A stretch of 64,000 nucleotides of DNA from Eledone cirrhosa. Taxonomy: Eukaryota. How positions within the stretch are numbered: position 1 is the first letter of the stretch; every line of letters begins with the position of its first letter. The position numbers were made by a program, and so were the translations under genes. Positions 1 through 13,170 of the stretch are shown piece by piece. Below the pieces are notes generated by a model. It was not told the DNA's origin, did not search any database, and saw nothing but the letters and a program-made list of their open reading frames with translations. Location: contig OZ024743.1 in NCBI GenBank assembly GCA_964016885.1, positions 219,108,001-219,172,000 on the forward strand, in the 5' to 3' direction.

Positions 1-93
1 ATCAAAATGCAAAGACATCTAGTTTGTAATATTGAAAGTTTACATGTATATTTATGTTGCTTTATTTGATTATTGAAATCTTTCCCTTGGCAG

Positions 94-303
94 ATGAGCT
101 AACAAACAAGACTGGTAACCTCACTGTTGCCCACTTTTATTATCCCAAAATATGGCACATTATCTACGCAGATGCTTACACTTGTGATCCTACAAAACCT
201 TTCACCTCTCTAGAAAAACCAAATTACATTCTCTATGACATTAAATTATTAAACCCAGACTCACTTGCAGCCCCAACTATCCATTTTAGTGATGAGGAAT
301 CAG
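94..303 (+). CDS. GPR180: GPR180 homolog, internal exon (first in window)
   Basis: ttggcag|..TCAG|gtaagc; encodes ..YDIKLLNPDSLAAPTIHFSDEESG, resembling GPR180 LLNPDxxGxPxxHFSxxESG (recalled). Confidence 0.88.
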
Positions 304-371
304 GTAAGCTTATTGCTTTATTTTTTGGTGGGGAGGGGTTGTATTAAAATCCCAAGCATGTGCTTTGTAAA

Positions 372-558
372 TACAAGGGTCAGATGAAAAGTCCACAGGC
401 TGACCAAGACACTCTCATGGAATTACCAAATGGAGTTTATTTTTCAACAGTCCCTGGAAAGAAACTAAGCAGTTATGATTGATAATAGTTGAAATTAATG
501 CAAGCTAGATTTCACATCTCTAGCATCACTCCTATTAACTTTTCAGCTGACCTTTGTG
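372..558. mobile_element. mariner-derived MITE
   Basis: TIR TACAAGGGTCAGATGAAAAGT matching the reverse-complement end; sibling directly adjacent. Confidence 0.8.
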
Positions 559-595
559 TGTGTGTGTGTGTATATATCTTATATATATATATATG

Positions 596-797
596 TACGA
601 GGCTCCGCTGAAAAGTTCATAGGCTGATCAAAATACTCTCATGAAATTAACAAGTGAGGTTTATTTTTCAACATAGTCCCTGGAAAGAAACAATGCAGTT
701 ATTGATAAGAAGAGTTAAAATTAATGCCTGCAAGATTTCACAGCTCTAACATCACTCCTTCATAGTCAGTTTATGGACTTTTCAGTTTACCCTCCAC
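596..797. mobile_element. mariner-derived MITE
   Basis: TIR TACGAGG..CTGAAAAGTTCATAGGCTGA; partial siblings near 4265..4402, 22220, 52074..52250 and 57760..57890. Confidence 0.8.
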
Positions 798-1015
798 ACT
801 GTAAATGTGGTTGGTGTTAGGAAGGGCATCCAGCCGTAGAAAACCTGCCAGATAGTCCTATATGAGCGAGACACGGTCACCCGACCAACATTGCCTCAAG
901 TGGGACAACTCCCATCTAACCCATGCTAGCGTGGAAGATGGACATTAAACGAAGACGATGATGATGATGAATGTGATAGTCATGTCCAAGTAGAAGAATT
1001 TATTATTATTATTAA

Positions 1016-1325
1016 ACATGGCTTAGTGGTTAGAGCAATCGAAAGGTTGTGAGTTCAATTCTCAGACCGGGTGATGTGTTGTTTCCTTGAGCAAGACACT
1101 TTATTTCACATTGCTCCAGTTTACTCAGCTGTAGAAATGAGATGATAGGGACTGGGGTCCATATCATTCCACTGCAAAGTGGTCGTGGAGGTGCCACGGA
1201 AAAAAAGCACCCAGCACTCACTGTAAATGAGGTTGGTGTTAGGAAGGGCATCCAGCTGTAGAAATCAAGCCAGAATCAGTTCCCGTCCCACCCTTGCAAG
1301 CAGGGAAAAGCGGATGTAAAAAAAA
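1016..1325 (+). mobile_element. SINE family A copy
   Basis: near-identical to 50652..50996 with a short deletion in the tRNA head; partial or diverged heads also near 7571, 21299 and 35226. Confidence 0.9.
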
Positions 1326-2328
1326 TTTAAAAAATGGAAATGCTTTATCGTGTTTTTCTGACTCATTACATTCTGATTTCAAATTCAACTGAGGTCAACT
1401 TCACCTTTAATCCACCTAGGGTTGATAAAATAAACTACCATTACTGTGCTGGTATCATTATAATTGACTTTACAAATTTCTGGTCTTTCACCTATCTTAG
1501 AAACAATTTTTATTATGTCTATATTTTCATGATTCCCTCCCACTCTTCCAATACTCAGTTTTCAAGACAGCTAATTAGTCAAAGCTACGCTAATCCTGCA
1601 CTAGTTACCTTTACCAGCAAATGTGTTTCATCTGTAACCCAATAGAGTTAGCTAAGAAGATGACTGATTCCATTTGCCTATATCTTTCCACATCCCCCTA
1701 AACCACCAAAATAACTCACATGTTGCTATGCAACAATTTTTCAGGTGCTAAGACCACTTAAAGGTAGTCACACATACACTTCAACCCACCCTCTTGTTAC
1801 CAACGGGGCAACATTTATCATTCATCAAGAAAACCATGGATGCCTTTGTGCAACTGAGTATTTAACCAAAAGGATTTCTACTATTTTCTAGAGTCATCAA
1901 CCAAATGTTAGGCTTCATAATTCATGATGACCTCATCATCATCATCGTTTAATGTCCATCTTCCGTTAGCATGGGCAGGATGGGCTCTCCCTTTGTGAGG
2001 GATCAGGTCGGGGGACCGTGATTCGCTCACACAGAACTGGTTTCAGCTTGGTTTCTATGGCTGGATGCTCTTCCTAATGGCAGCCACATTTACAGTGTGT
2101 GCTGGGTACTTTTTGTCGTGACACCTACACAATCACTTTGCAGTATGGACTGAGCACTCACTTTTGTCATGACACCTACATGACCACTACAGTGTGGGCT
2201 GGGTTCTTTTGTCTTTTACTCTTTTACATGTTCCAGCCAACAGACTGAGGCCATGTTGGGAGCACTGCTATATACATAACATTTCAAATTTACATCCCCC
2301 TAACTTTCCTTTTGTTTGTTATTTGCAG

Positions 2329-2509
2329 GACTTCTTGGATTCTACCAACTTTTAACTCTGTGTTATTTTGTTATTGGATGTATATTCTGGCCCCGGCTCT
2401 GGCAAACCCTTTCAAAAGGTGGACCTATGCAGCTAGTTATTCAACTCCTGACTGCTTCTACCGCCTTACAGTCACTTGCCTCCTTTCTAATGATGGTTCA
2501 CCTTCTTCG
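2329..2509 (+). CDS. GPR180: GPR180 homolog exon (TM region)
   Basis: tttgcag|..CG|gtaag; GLLGFYQLLTLCYFVIGCIFWPRLWQTLSKGGPMQLVIQLL..; phase matches previous exon. Confidence 0.92.
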
Positions 2510-3207
2510 GTAAGATTTTCTCTTTTACATGTTTGTATCAGTGCTTACATATTGACTTGGAAGAAAGTGAGATGATAAGCTTCCAATAGAATGGACCTCA
2601 GTCAGATTTAACGATGACCATTCTAGTTGTTCAATAAACCAAACAGCTTGTTCATGAAATTAACATATAAGTGGCTGAGCACTTTACTGATATGCATACA
2701 CCTAACATAATTCTCAGGGAGATTTGTGGCTATATTGCAAGGCCGGCCCTTTGAATTACAGGTACAGTCTATTCAACAGCCTTTCAAACAGTTTCTATCT
2801 ACATAATACATGGGTCAACCTGAGGCTATGGTAAATGACACTTGCCCAAGGTGTCATATAGTAAGATTGAACCCAGGACCCTAATGATTGTAAAGTGTAG
2901 ATTATATTTCTCTCTGAATTTGTAACCAATCCTTATAGAAGTTAAGGACCGAAACACTTGTTTGAGGTGGGTTGCTTCTCTGAAGATCTTCTGCTGTCCA
3001 GCCCTCCTCAGTTTCATACCACTGCTTGAATTTGTTACTAATCCTAAACATGCTTACAACTTCCTCATACATTGTTTTGGAGGCGTTTTTTGCAATATAA
3101 ATATATATATTTGACTAACTAATTGATTAATGTATTTAACATATTCTCTCTTCCCTCTCTCTTCAAATAAATGTTAAAGTAGTTGACATTCTTTTTTCCT
3201 TCTGTAG

Positions 3208-3257
3208 ATATGCTAAAGATGGTTTTGGCTTTCCTTTCTTTGAACTGCTGGCTGAAT
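3208..3257 (+). CDS. GPR180: GPR180 homolog exon (50 bp)
   Basis: tctgtag|..T|gtaaat; RYAKDGFGFPFFELLAE, like YSKDGIGVPFMGSLAE. Confidence 0.9.
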
Positions 3258-3908
3258 GTAAATATCTTTCTATTATATCTTTACTGAATATTATCATAGC
3301 TAACTGCTCTAGAAGTTCCCACACAATTGTATTTAAAAATTTGTTTTATAGAGATGTTGAGTAAAAACATATCCTGTCTAAAAAACATATCACCTACATT
3401 TTATAGAGCCATGTTTTGTGTGTACATATTGATGTAGCAAAAGTAGTTTTCACAGATATTGTTATATATTTGTTATAACACCACTTTAGTTGGCTAGTTT
3501 AGGTTGTAACACATTTTAACTACTCTCTACATCATTTCTGTTTTTTCGTAGGCGATGATTATCTTTAGAAAATATATCTAAATGTAAAATGTTTCATGCA
3601 ATAATATTCACTATTATATATAAAGTCTGTTAAAATAAATTTTAAAATTTATATATCCTGAATAATATATGTAATTTTAATATGCTTTTTGTTTTAAAAT
3701 TTAAGCATAATTTTTTTATCATAAAATGTATACTATTAAATTTATACTATTAAAGATTATTAGCAATAATCGGTAGAGCATCAAACAACTTGCTTTGCCA
3801 CATATAGTTACGTCCATCAACATTCTGAGTTCAAATCCCAGCAAATATCAGTTGAAAATAAAACAACTAAAATTTCAATATTAAAATCTTATTTTTTTCT
3901 CTTTTCAG

Positions 3909-4060
3909 TTGTTGATGTGATATCCCAATTCACCATGCTCTATATGCTCCTTTGTCTTTCCCTTGGGTGGACCTTAACCAGTCCTTATAAATCCTCTCCA
4001 ATTGAAACCATTAAAAAGAAACCAGCTGCCAAGTTTGTGGGTCTCCTTTGTGTTCTTCAG
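3909..4060 (+). CDS. GPR180: GPR180 homolog exon
   Basis: ttttcag|..CAG|gtaaat; FVDVISQFTMLYMLLCLSLGWT..VLQ. Confidence 0.9.
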
Positions 4061-4599
4061 GTAAATTATTTCGAATCCCTTCTAAACCATTCATATCAGC
4101 TGCTGTTTACCTTTAGAACTAGGATTTCAACATGAGGAAGCTCAGTCGTTTTCTTATCTCTGGTATTATCATCATCATCAATATCACTTTACGTCCGCTT
4201 TTTCCTGCTTGCAAGGGTGGGACGGGTCCTATTCAGCACAGCATCTCTCCACGGAAGAGAAATCTTGCATGCATTAATTTCAACTCTTCTTATTAATACC
4301 TGCATTGTTTCTTTCCAGGGACTATGTTGAAAAATAAACCTCATTTGGTCATTCCATGAGAGTATCTTGGTCAGCCTATGAACTTTTCATCCAACTCTTG
4401 TAAATTAAATGAAGTTATAAGTTTCCTTAATTCATATGTAAAAAAAAAAGCTTGCTAATTCAAATGTTTATAGTATCTTTTCTAGTGGACAGCAAATATC
4501 AGAGTAAAGCTTTTGATTTTTAATATTCTGTTTTGTACTTTTTGGGGGTGTATGTATTTGGCAAGATACATAACTCAATTTGCAGAAATCTGCTTTCAT

Positions 4600-4900
4600 C
4601 ACCATTCAATGGAGATGGTTGCTTCTGACCGAACCAGGAGTAGACACCAAACAAGATGGTTGGATAACATTCATGAGCTCAGTTGGTTTTGCTTAGGGAT
4701 CCAGCAGGATCAATTGGAGACGGCTGTTTTTGACAGGGCCAGAGGTAGACCCTGAGCAAGATCGTTGGATAACATCCATGAGCTCAGCTGGTCATGCTTA
4801 GGGATCCAGCAGGATGAATTGGAGGTGGTTGATTCTAACAGGACCCACTGGAAGAAGTGTTTCTGGTCCCATAATCCTCCTGGGAATAAGTGGACAAAGA
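4600..4900 (+). mobile_element. RTE-like 3' end with an internal tandem repeat of about 110 bp
   Basis: (R..GRP..RWLDNIHELSW.CLGIQQD.LE..DR) repeated; related single copies at about 9380..9460 and 56470..56635. Confidence 0.6.
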
Positions 4901-4971
4901 AGGTTAAGGATAGGACATCCACCTGCCAATACAATTACACCACTTCTTGCCAACATTATATATAGAGAGAA

Positions 4972-5165
4972 AGGGCGGTGGATTGGCAGTATCGGTAGAG
5001 GGTCGGACGCCATGCTTTGACGCATAAAGTTACAGCCCTTGCCATTCTGAGTTCAAATCCCACCGAGGTTAACTTTGCCTTTCATCCTTACAGGGTCAAT
5101 AAAATAAAGTACCAGTAATGCACTGGGTAATTGCTGGCCTTGTACCAAAAGTAGAAGCAATTATA
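4972..5165 (+). mobile_element. tRNA-derived SINE family B
   Basis: A box TGGCAGTATCGG, B box GAGTTCAAATC, core TTGCCTTTCATCCTTAC.GGGTC.ATAAAATAAAGT (Nin/Deu-domain-like, recalled). Confidence 0.85.
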
Positions 5166-5289
5166 TATAGAGAAAAGTTTAATTTAGCTGCTAAAACTGA
5201 GCTGGAGCCTTTCTTCAAATTTCTGTTTCATTCTACCAATAAAATTTTCTTGAAAATGCTTTAACCTTTCACAATTCTTGAAAAAGAAG

Positions 5290-5624
5290 TACTGTATATA
5301 TTTGAATATAAGCTGGCCCCTTATGTCTGAGAAATGGGCAAAAATCCAAAACCTTATTTATGTTGGATTTGAAGTTGGTGAAAATCACCAAAATATTGGC
5401 CCCAACTATAAACGCCGCCGCCCCCGCCCGCCCCCCCTCTATTTTACCATTGATTTTGTTTTGTCATATATTCCTCAGTTTATATTTGAGTATATACACT
5501 AATTTTGCTAAGTTGAAGAAAATCATCAAACTATTGACCCTGAATATAAGCCGACCTTCCCTCCATTTTACCATCAATGTTTGGAGTCACATATTCCTTG
5601 GCTTATATTTGAGTAATATACACT
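5290..5624. mobile_element. pogo/Tigger-like MITE with duplicated right end
   Basis: TIR TACTGTATATATTTGAATATAAGC, reverse complement near 5480-5501 and 5601-5624; relatives near 14480, 17400..18039, 29490..29660 and 56210..56455. Confidence 0.65.
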
Positions 5625-5662
5625 AGTTGTGTTATATATATTTTATTCTTTTGTGTCTCTAG

Positions 5663-5854
5663 TCTTTAGTATATATTTGGGAGCAATATTTGGACAAGGA
5701 ACACCGGATGTATTATGCCCACCGCACCATTGCTGGTATAGGGCTTGTATTTCTTCGTATTTTGCTGGCGGCCATATTTGCTTGGAATCTCCGTGCTACT
5801 GTTAAATCAGAAAGAAGTGCTTTAAAAAGAGAGTTTTATGCAACATTCACAAAA
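5663..5854 (+). CDS. GPR180: GPR180 homolog exon
   Basis: ctctag|..AAA|gtaagt; SLVYIWEQYLDKEHRMYYAHRTIAG..ERSALKREFYATFTK; 64 codons. Confidence 0.93.
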
Positions 5855-6448
5855 GTAAGTATAGACTAACACTTATCATCAAAACCAGCAGAAGTCTATT
5901 TTAGTTTGGTAACATACATGTATTAACAAATATTTTCTTCTATCATCATTTTTAACTTCTAGCAAGGGTTGGACAAGTCATCATAGACCATGTCAGATCT
6001 TAAACAGAGCCACTGATCTCTCAGATAGGCTGGGAAACGCATCTCACATTCTCGCACTTTACAGAGTGCACCAGGTGCATTTTAGCGAGGTACTGACACT
6101 AGGGAGGGTATCATGTCTTTGACACAACTGAATTCTCACTAATCCTTGTTTGGAAAAATTTTCTACAACCAAATGCCCTTCCTATCACCAAAAACTTACC
6201 ATGTCTGTCTATTTCCACCACTTAAATACCAGTATGGAGGGTTGAGATGATCAACTAAATCCCTAAAGACTGTGCCCCAACATGGTCCCAGTTAAATGAC
6301 AAATCATATAAGGCAATTTCATATAAATAAATATGAGAATGGAGAGCCAATATTTTAATAGACATTAACTAAATGGGTCAAAGAATGGAATGTAAAGATG
6401 AAATTTCAACATTCAGTACCCTAAATATATGTTATCTCTTTTTTACAG

Positions 6449-6526
6449 TCTTGTATGCTTTGGTTCCTTTGTTATCCACTTTTGGTACTCTTCTCCTGGC
6501 TGCTAACAGAATATCTTCGATACAAG
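6449..6526 (+). CDS. GPR180: GPR180 homolog exon
   Basis: ttttacag|..AAG|gtattg; SCMLWFLCYPLLVLFSWLLTEYLRYK. Confidence 0.92.
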
Positions 6527-8051
6527 GTATTGGTTGTTTTTAACTTTTGGTCTGACTGTGCATCAGATGTGATTTTACAAAACATCACAGACAATGTTGT
6601 ATGAATGATAGAAATATCTGTGGTAGCATATGTGGTGTCATATATAGCGATCTCTGGCAGAAATATCTGCAGTAACAATGATTGATTTAGGGATCTATGA
6701 CAAATGACTGATGCAGGAATCCACTTAGAAAGAAATGAAATACAAAATAAATCAAAAGATATTTAAATCCTGTGGAATACCAGTGAATCATGTTTTAGTG
6801 TCTTCTAATGGTTGGCTACATATTAAAAGTTTGTTTTTTTTTACCGAAAAGTTCATCAACCTAGTATGATAACTGTAAGCTAAAGAAGTGCGCTTTTTGC
6901 AAATATTAACCAAAATAGATTAGTTAGAGAGAAATTGTGGCCACTGAGTTTGACCTATGAATGTCACATCGATGAAATTCTGTTTTTCATTAAATAAATA
7001 TATTTTTCAAAAATCAGTGATGTGTTTATTGTTGGAAGAAATGGTGGCAATGATATAAGCAATATTGTGCATATTTTAAATCCATGACATTAAATTAAAA
7101 ATATGCAGAAAACTGTAGACTTACTGTTCATATGAGAATGTCTGAGAGTTAGTTCTTGGTAGGGGAATGAAAGCAGAGAAGCTTTGACACAAATGTTGTA
7201 AAATACCTTTTCTCAAGATTAAATTTTCTATAATAAAGTTTAGATTGTACATGTACATGTACATGTACAAAATGAATCCAAGTAACTACCAATATCCAGA
7301 TAACTCTGGTATAGTGTACAAATGTTTTTTATATTAACCTTCCTCTGGTTAATATATTGACTAAACCTGAAATTATTCCTTTCTAATAAAGGCTTTCCAT
7401 GTAGACAATACATTAACAGCTCCATTGGATATTGAGACATTTCTTGTTAGTAACCAATCTTCTAATGAACTATCATCAGTCTCTTTTTTTTAATTAACAT
7501 CCTGAAATGATTTTAACAGAAAATATCTAATAGGTTTGTTAAATATACTGCTTATAATATCTTTACTAATGGTGCATGGCTTAGTGGTTAGATAGAGCAT
7601 TCGGCTTGCAATTAAGAGGTTATGGATTCAATTCTCAAACCGGGTGATGCATTGTCTCCTTGGGCATGACACTTTATTTCACGTAACTCTAATTCATTCA
7701 GCTGTAGAAATGAGCTGCCTTTGCCTTTCCCTTGGACAACATCTGTGGTATGGAGAAGGTAGACTGGTATGCATGGGTGACTGCTGGTCTTCCAAACAAC
7801 TTTGCCTAGACTTGGTCCCGGATGGGTACTTTCTAGGTGCAAATCCCATGGTCTTTATCCTAGTATCTTTACTAATGACTATCATGGAAGTTTGCTGTAA
7901 TGAAGACTAATTTTTAATGTGATGCAGTCACAATTCTGTTTTGTATTTTTAAGAATTTCTTGCTAATGTGGTTTCATATGATACAGATGTTAAGAGTTAA
8001 AACTGTATTTCCATTAAATATCTCAATATTTTTTACTTGTTCTGTCTCCAG

Positions 8052-8207
8052 GTTCTAACAATGGGAGTAGTACTATGCCAATCTGTTGCTGTCATCATCC
8101 TTTACCAATTGTTCATGTCACGAAGTCTCTACTGGGAAGTTTCAGCACTTTCGAGTTCTCTACCTCTTCGGATTGATAAACATTTTACATTGAAAATTCA
8201 TTCTTGA
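8052..8207 (+). CDS. GPR180: GPR180 homolog terminal coding exon
   Basis: ctccag|; VLTMGVVLCQSVAVIILYQLFMSRSLYWEVSALSSSLPLRIDKHFTLKIHS*. Confidence 0.93.
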   Translation, partial: VLTMGVVLCQSVAVIILYQLFMSRSLYWEVSALSSSLPLRIDKHFTLKIHS

Positions 8208-8683
8208 TGTTTACACCTAGCCACCTGCCGGATTGGGGATCATGTGAAAAAGATTGTGAATGATTGAAAATACTTGTAAATATGTGAGGATGGTATGTGT
8301 GCCAGAGCTACCAAATATAGCATAAATTACTTCTGTTCATCAGTCTCTACTCATCTATCTATAAAATACCTGTATTGATACATATCAATATGTAGCAAAT
8401 ATGAACCTACTTAAATACAAACTGCTCAGTTAATTATTCAATACATCTAGATCTCATCTCTTTATTTTGGTTCTATAACATTGCTTTTTTCTTAGCTCAT
8501 ATCTAAAAATATATATATATTTATGAAAAATACAAACCAAGCACCATACTGAAACCCATATTGAGTCCTACCATTTCAAGGAGTAATTGAAAATATTTGT
8601 GCCTGCAGAATTTTCTCTCATCTGTAATAACTTGTTATAAAAAATTTACATTTCATCTGGAATGGAAGTTTGTTTTTAAATGA

Positions 8684-8689
8684 AATAAA
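8684..8689 (+). terminator. candidate polyadenylation signal of GPR180
   Basis: AATAAA about 480 bp after the stop; common motif in AT-rich DNA, so tentative. Confidence 0.4.
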
Positions 8690-11600
8690 ATGTTATTTTC
8701 ATTACAACCCTGTTGATATTTAATTCTATAAGCTTCAAAGTGAACCAAATTTCACAACTATCATATTTCCATCTATTGGTACCTACCACATTCAGGTCCA
8801 TAGTCAATATATAAAAAATTCTCTCAGCTCTTGCTCTTCTACCTGAAGATGATTCCTATACACTCCAGATTTCAGAAGTATTATTAAAAGCAGGGAAAAG
8901 CGGGCGTAAAATGATGATGATAATACACCACATACTGGGGAGAATGCAACCCAAAAAATGTTTATGCTTTATGACAACTACACCTACCACTAGAATATTT
9001 TATAAAATAGGAGAAAAAAATTTATTTTTTTTACGTTGTTATGAAACATGTTAGAAAAGATGTTAATCAAAAAAATTATTTTTTTCCAAAAAGACTTCTA
9101 TATTGTTAGTATAAGTTAAATGTTTTCCTAGCAAGAATTGCTGGAGCTGGGGCAATAATGCACCTTCAATTCAGTGTTTGGGCTTACCCTTACTTATAGT
9201 AATGTATCTCAAGTATATGATTTTTGCCGAAGCAGGTGTTCTCTGAAGTGTCTTTCGAGTAATATTACTTGATAGGGTGCATAGCTTGGAGATCAAGGAG
9301 TCAATCCAGGTAGTCATTAGTTCTCTGCATCACAGCTCCAGTACACCTAACAAAATAATTGCAGGACAGAGCCAACAGGCAGACCACAAGCATGATGGTT
9401 CAATAAGTCTCAATTGAAGATGGTTGCTTCTGACAGGACCCTCTCAAGAATAATTGGGTGAAGATGTTTTCCAACCAGATTTTATTAGCAAGTGGCTCTG
9501 TTCCTCAATCATAAAGTCTCAGTTGTAACAATTTTCATCTAAACTTGCTAAAGTAAAATAATACCTATGAAATGAGGATCCCTTAATAGTTAAGAGACTG
9601 CTATAATTAAAATTAAAATAAAAGATATGCTGTTTTAAAATTAAGTTAATGAAAACAAACCTTTTCTATTTTTACTAATATTCATTTTTATTCTGATCAT
9701 GACATCTAAACTTTTCTTTTTATTAAAAATCCTTTATATTAAAGATGGGAAAAGAGACAGAGGAAAGAAGGTTTTTCGTTTTTCCATTTTTTTTTTATTC
9801 AATATTACAACATTTTACAAAAAAAAATGTTTACAAAATTCTTGAAACTTGGGCAATGATGGTGGGGGGAAAAAAAACTTAAGCTCTTTAGGTTCTCGGG
9901 GGGGGGAAAAATGTGTAAGTGGAAAAATAGGGATAGGGTCTAGTGTAGGGAAGTAAAAGCAGACAGCGAGTGGATATATTTACAGCCTTACCAACAAACA
10001 ACTGGTTCAGAACATCTGTCCAGTCAAGTGCCAAATTAACCCAACTAAATAATTCATACACTAATATCTCTCTCTCTCTCTTCCTTTTACTCACTCACTC
10101 TCAACCCAATGACACTGGAAAGAGAGGTAGGGTTACAAAAATACAAAAGAAGTTATCTTTTCAATTTTTTTTTTATTTTATTATACAATAAAAAGATTAA
10201 CACTCCCCCATTGTCAAGTAATGAGGGAAATATTGTCATTATTTTCACCTGGAGCTTGCATTACTTGATTTATCGGTCTTCAAGAGATCTCCCATTAGTT
10301 TTTTAAAAATTCAGATATTAGATATAAATAGAAAGAATCAACAGCAAAAATTGCTACATATGGCAGTTCAGAATAAAGAAATGAGTTTAACTTAGAGCCA
10401 TTAACATTTAGTTTTGTATCTTTATGTACTACACTAATAAAACTGAATAGCAAATCTAAACTTTTAAAACAAAATATCTTGAGGTCTATACTGAAAACAA
10501 GTAATGACCTATTAAAACTTGTAACATATTTCTTCAAGAATTACCAACATACCTAAACAAAGTTTAGATATGTAGGCATATGTAAAACTATAGAGCATAT
10601 GCTGTTTATTTCTTACTATTTAAACTTACCTAAAACAAAAAATATTAACATGACCAAACAGAAATAGATCTACTGGGAAAGACATTTGAATATACTTAAT
10701 TAGACAATAATGCCAACTGGTACCTAGTGAACATTTTTTTCAACCAAAATAATTACTAGCAATGATATGTAAAAAATTAATAAAGTACTTTTTTTTTTTT
10801 GCATGCTGCTGTAAGAATTTTTAGTAAAGCTGCACTGTGCATGTATGCACATCACAAGTAGGTACAGACACTGATGACATACAAACATGTTTCCAAATAT
10901 TTCTGCTAGTTCAGATTATTGAATAATTGTAATGTTGCTCCTGAAATTAGACTTCAGTGTAAGATATTAAAAAAGATGCTGAGATGTTCCACAATAATAA
11001 ACCATGTAATATTTATAAAATAGCTAATGTTTTTTCAACTAATAATTATTTCATTTGATTAGGTAGGAAAGTCAATTTTTTTTTCCCTTGGAAAGAAGTG
11101 TAATCGTTTATTTAATATAGACACATATTTTATGAATAATGAAAGTCAACATGAATGAGATTTTTAACTTGAAACAGTGACATAACAAATTTGATAGCAG
11201 AATGTCGCAATAGATGCTTTACTATATCTCAGCCTTTTCCACTACACTTTCATATTTAAAAGATATTGAAAAGAGAACTTAAACATGTTATTTTTAAAAG
11301 TATGGGCTATATTTTTCTTTTAATGGAACCAAAATGCAAAGCTGTTAAGTTTAAATGCTAAAAATTACTTTTTATTAAGAATCAGTCAAAATTACCAATA
11401 AAAATAGCCATTAATGTCTGAAAGAATATAAACTAAATAGTAATTAGATTATCTATCAAAATACGAAAATATTAAAAATATAATTGAATCTATTTTAGAA
11501 ATCACATACACACAGTATCAATTCACAGAGTTATTTCATTTTAAACCATGCACAGATATTTATAATGGTTAACTTACAAAAATGCATTAAATACCTGACA

Positions 11601-12377
11601 AATAGAACTAAATGCAGAGAAAAGTTTATAATATAACATAAAACCAACGAGAATGGGAATTATTCGAGAAAAATGAAGAACATAGGCAAAATATTCATTC
11701 TACTTTTCATGATTTCATTTACAAAAATAATGAAGACTTAAAACAAATAGGAATGCACGTTGAGCAAAAGGAGCCAAGCAACATATTTCCATGAGAGAAT
11801 CAGCAGCTGTAATAATTTAGTTGACATTTTATACACTGTTTTATTGTCGAAACTAAAGCTATGAAAAGAAACTATTATTACTGACATGACACAAGCTAGG
11901 GATGACATAATACTAATAAGGAGATCAAACTTATTTAGAACCAATAATAACAGGAATTTTGCTCACTTCTCATAATGACAAAGCTAGGGAAGGGAACTTT
12001 TTATTTTGGTTTTAATATCATTGCTAAGCCAGTCAGATAGCTGAATTGACTTACAAATAAAACAAGACAGGACAAATACTTCCTGTTGGACAGATCTGAG
12101 GGGGCATGCTGCTGCCGCCTTGTTGTAGTGACGTGTGGGTGTGCACGCGTGTATGTGTGTGTGTGCGTGTTTGTATGAATGTAATTTTAGTTTGTATGCA
12201 GCATCACTGAGTCCAAGTGCCTTGGATCTGAAGGTAAACATCCGCCAGCTGGTAGTGTTATCCTCAGTCAGTTGGTGAGCCAACTACTGTTGTTGACGTA
12301 ATGCTTGTCGCCATCTTTCATCCTGGGGTACACAATCATTAGTGGCAGGTAACGTTAAATGCAGTAGCAACTTGAGA

Positions 12378-12404
12378 TCACTTCCGTAAATCCAAGACAA
12401 AAAC
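12378..12404 (-). CDS. TBL1XR1: TBL1X/TBL1XR1 terminal coding exon
   Basis: ttgtag|GTT TTT GTC TTG GAT TTA CGG AAG TGA = VFVLDLRK*, matching the family C-terminus VCVLDLRK. Confidence 0.93.
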   Translation of the reverse strand, partial: VFVLDLRK

Positions 12405-12479
12405 CTACAAGTAGAAATGTTTTGTTTATGAAAACATCAAAAGAAATCAAAATTAATCAATACAAATAATTTGCATTTC

Positions 12480-13170
12480 AATGACTGGTCAAACCAGGTG
12501 GGTTAATATCATCCGTAAGTTAGTAGGAAAAAGCTGGAAGGGGGTGAGGGTCCTGATTCACATACACTCCGAACTGGATTTTTATCACTTGCATACTCAG
12601 TTACAGAGTACTGTTCACTGGTCTGGGAAGGGAGCTGCCATGCCAAGCCAAGTTGGCAGCATCCTCAACTTGGCAATGAGAATAGTATCTGGCACACTGA
12701 AATCTACACCTACTCAGTGGCTGTCTACCCTTTCTCAAATAGCTCCTTCTTACATGCGGCATCAGATGATCCATGAGACAACATTTCTTACCAGGTCCAA
12801 GCCTGACTTTCCCACTCATGAAGTCCCTTCAAGACAGTAACTTTGATCTGAAAGAAGTGTGGTGAAGATCATAGAATGAGTCCAAATTTGGCATCCAAGA
12901 CCCCCATATCTAAACCAGCTGGCTTGGACCTTCTTGGACCTTAATTGGGTCTGCACAACACATGCCAGGACAGACCATCATCTCTATTGTTGGAAAATGA
13001 AAGACAGCTCAGTATGTGACTGTGGGAACCCTGACCAGAAAGTGCTGCATGTTGTTCAGGATCACCCCCTCAGATGTTTCCCGGTGGCCTGTAGGCAATC
13101 CATAATACTACAAATGACGCCTTAGTCTGGCTCACCAATCTCTTTCTCTCTCTAACCATTGTGCATATGT
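12480..13170 (+). mobile_element. degenerate Vingi/Ingi-like LINE 3' fragment
   Basis: IIRKLVGKSW, LNLAMRIVSGTLKSTPTQWL..IAP and a CDCG..Q..H knuckle in broken frames. Confidence 0.7.

Noticed and set aside
6530-7240. Intronic C/D snoRNA in a repeat-poor GPR180 intron
   Set aside because: No canonical RTGATGA..CTGA pair with a terminal stem was found.
9790-10140. Possible L1/Tx1 3' ends (also about 36170..36400 and 56770..57110)
   Set aside because: Poly-T flank and composition are suggestive, but no diagnostic motif or TSD is identifiable by eye.
12339-12380. Stop-codon readthrough of TBL1
   Set aside because: TGA-T context rather than TGA-CTA, and only 12 codons before the next stop.
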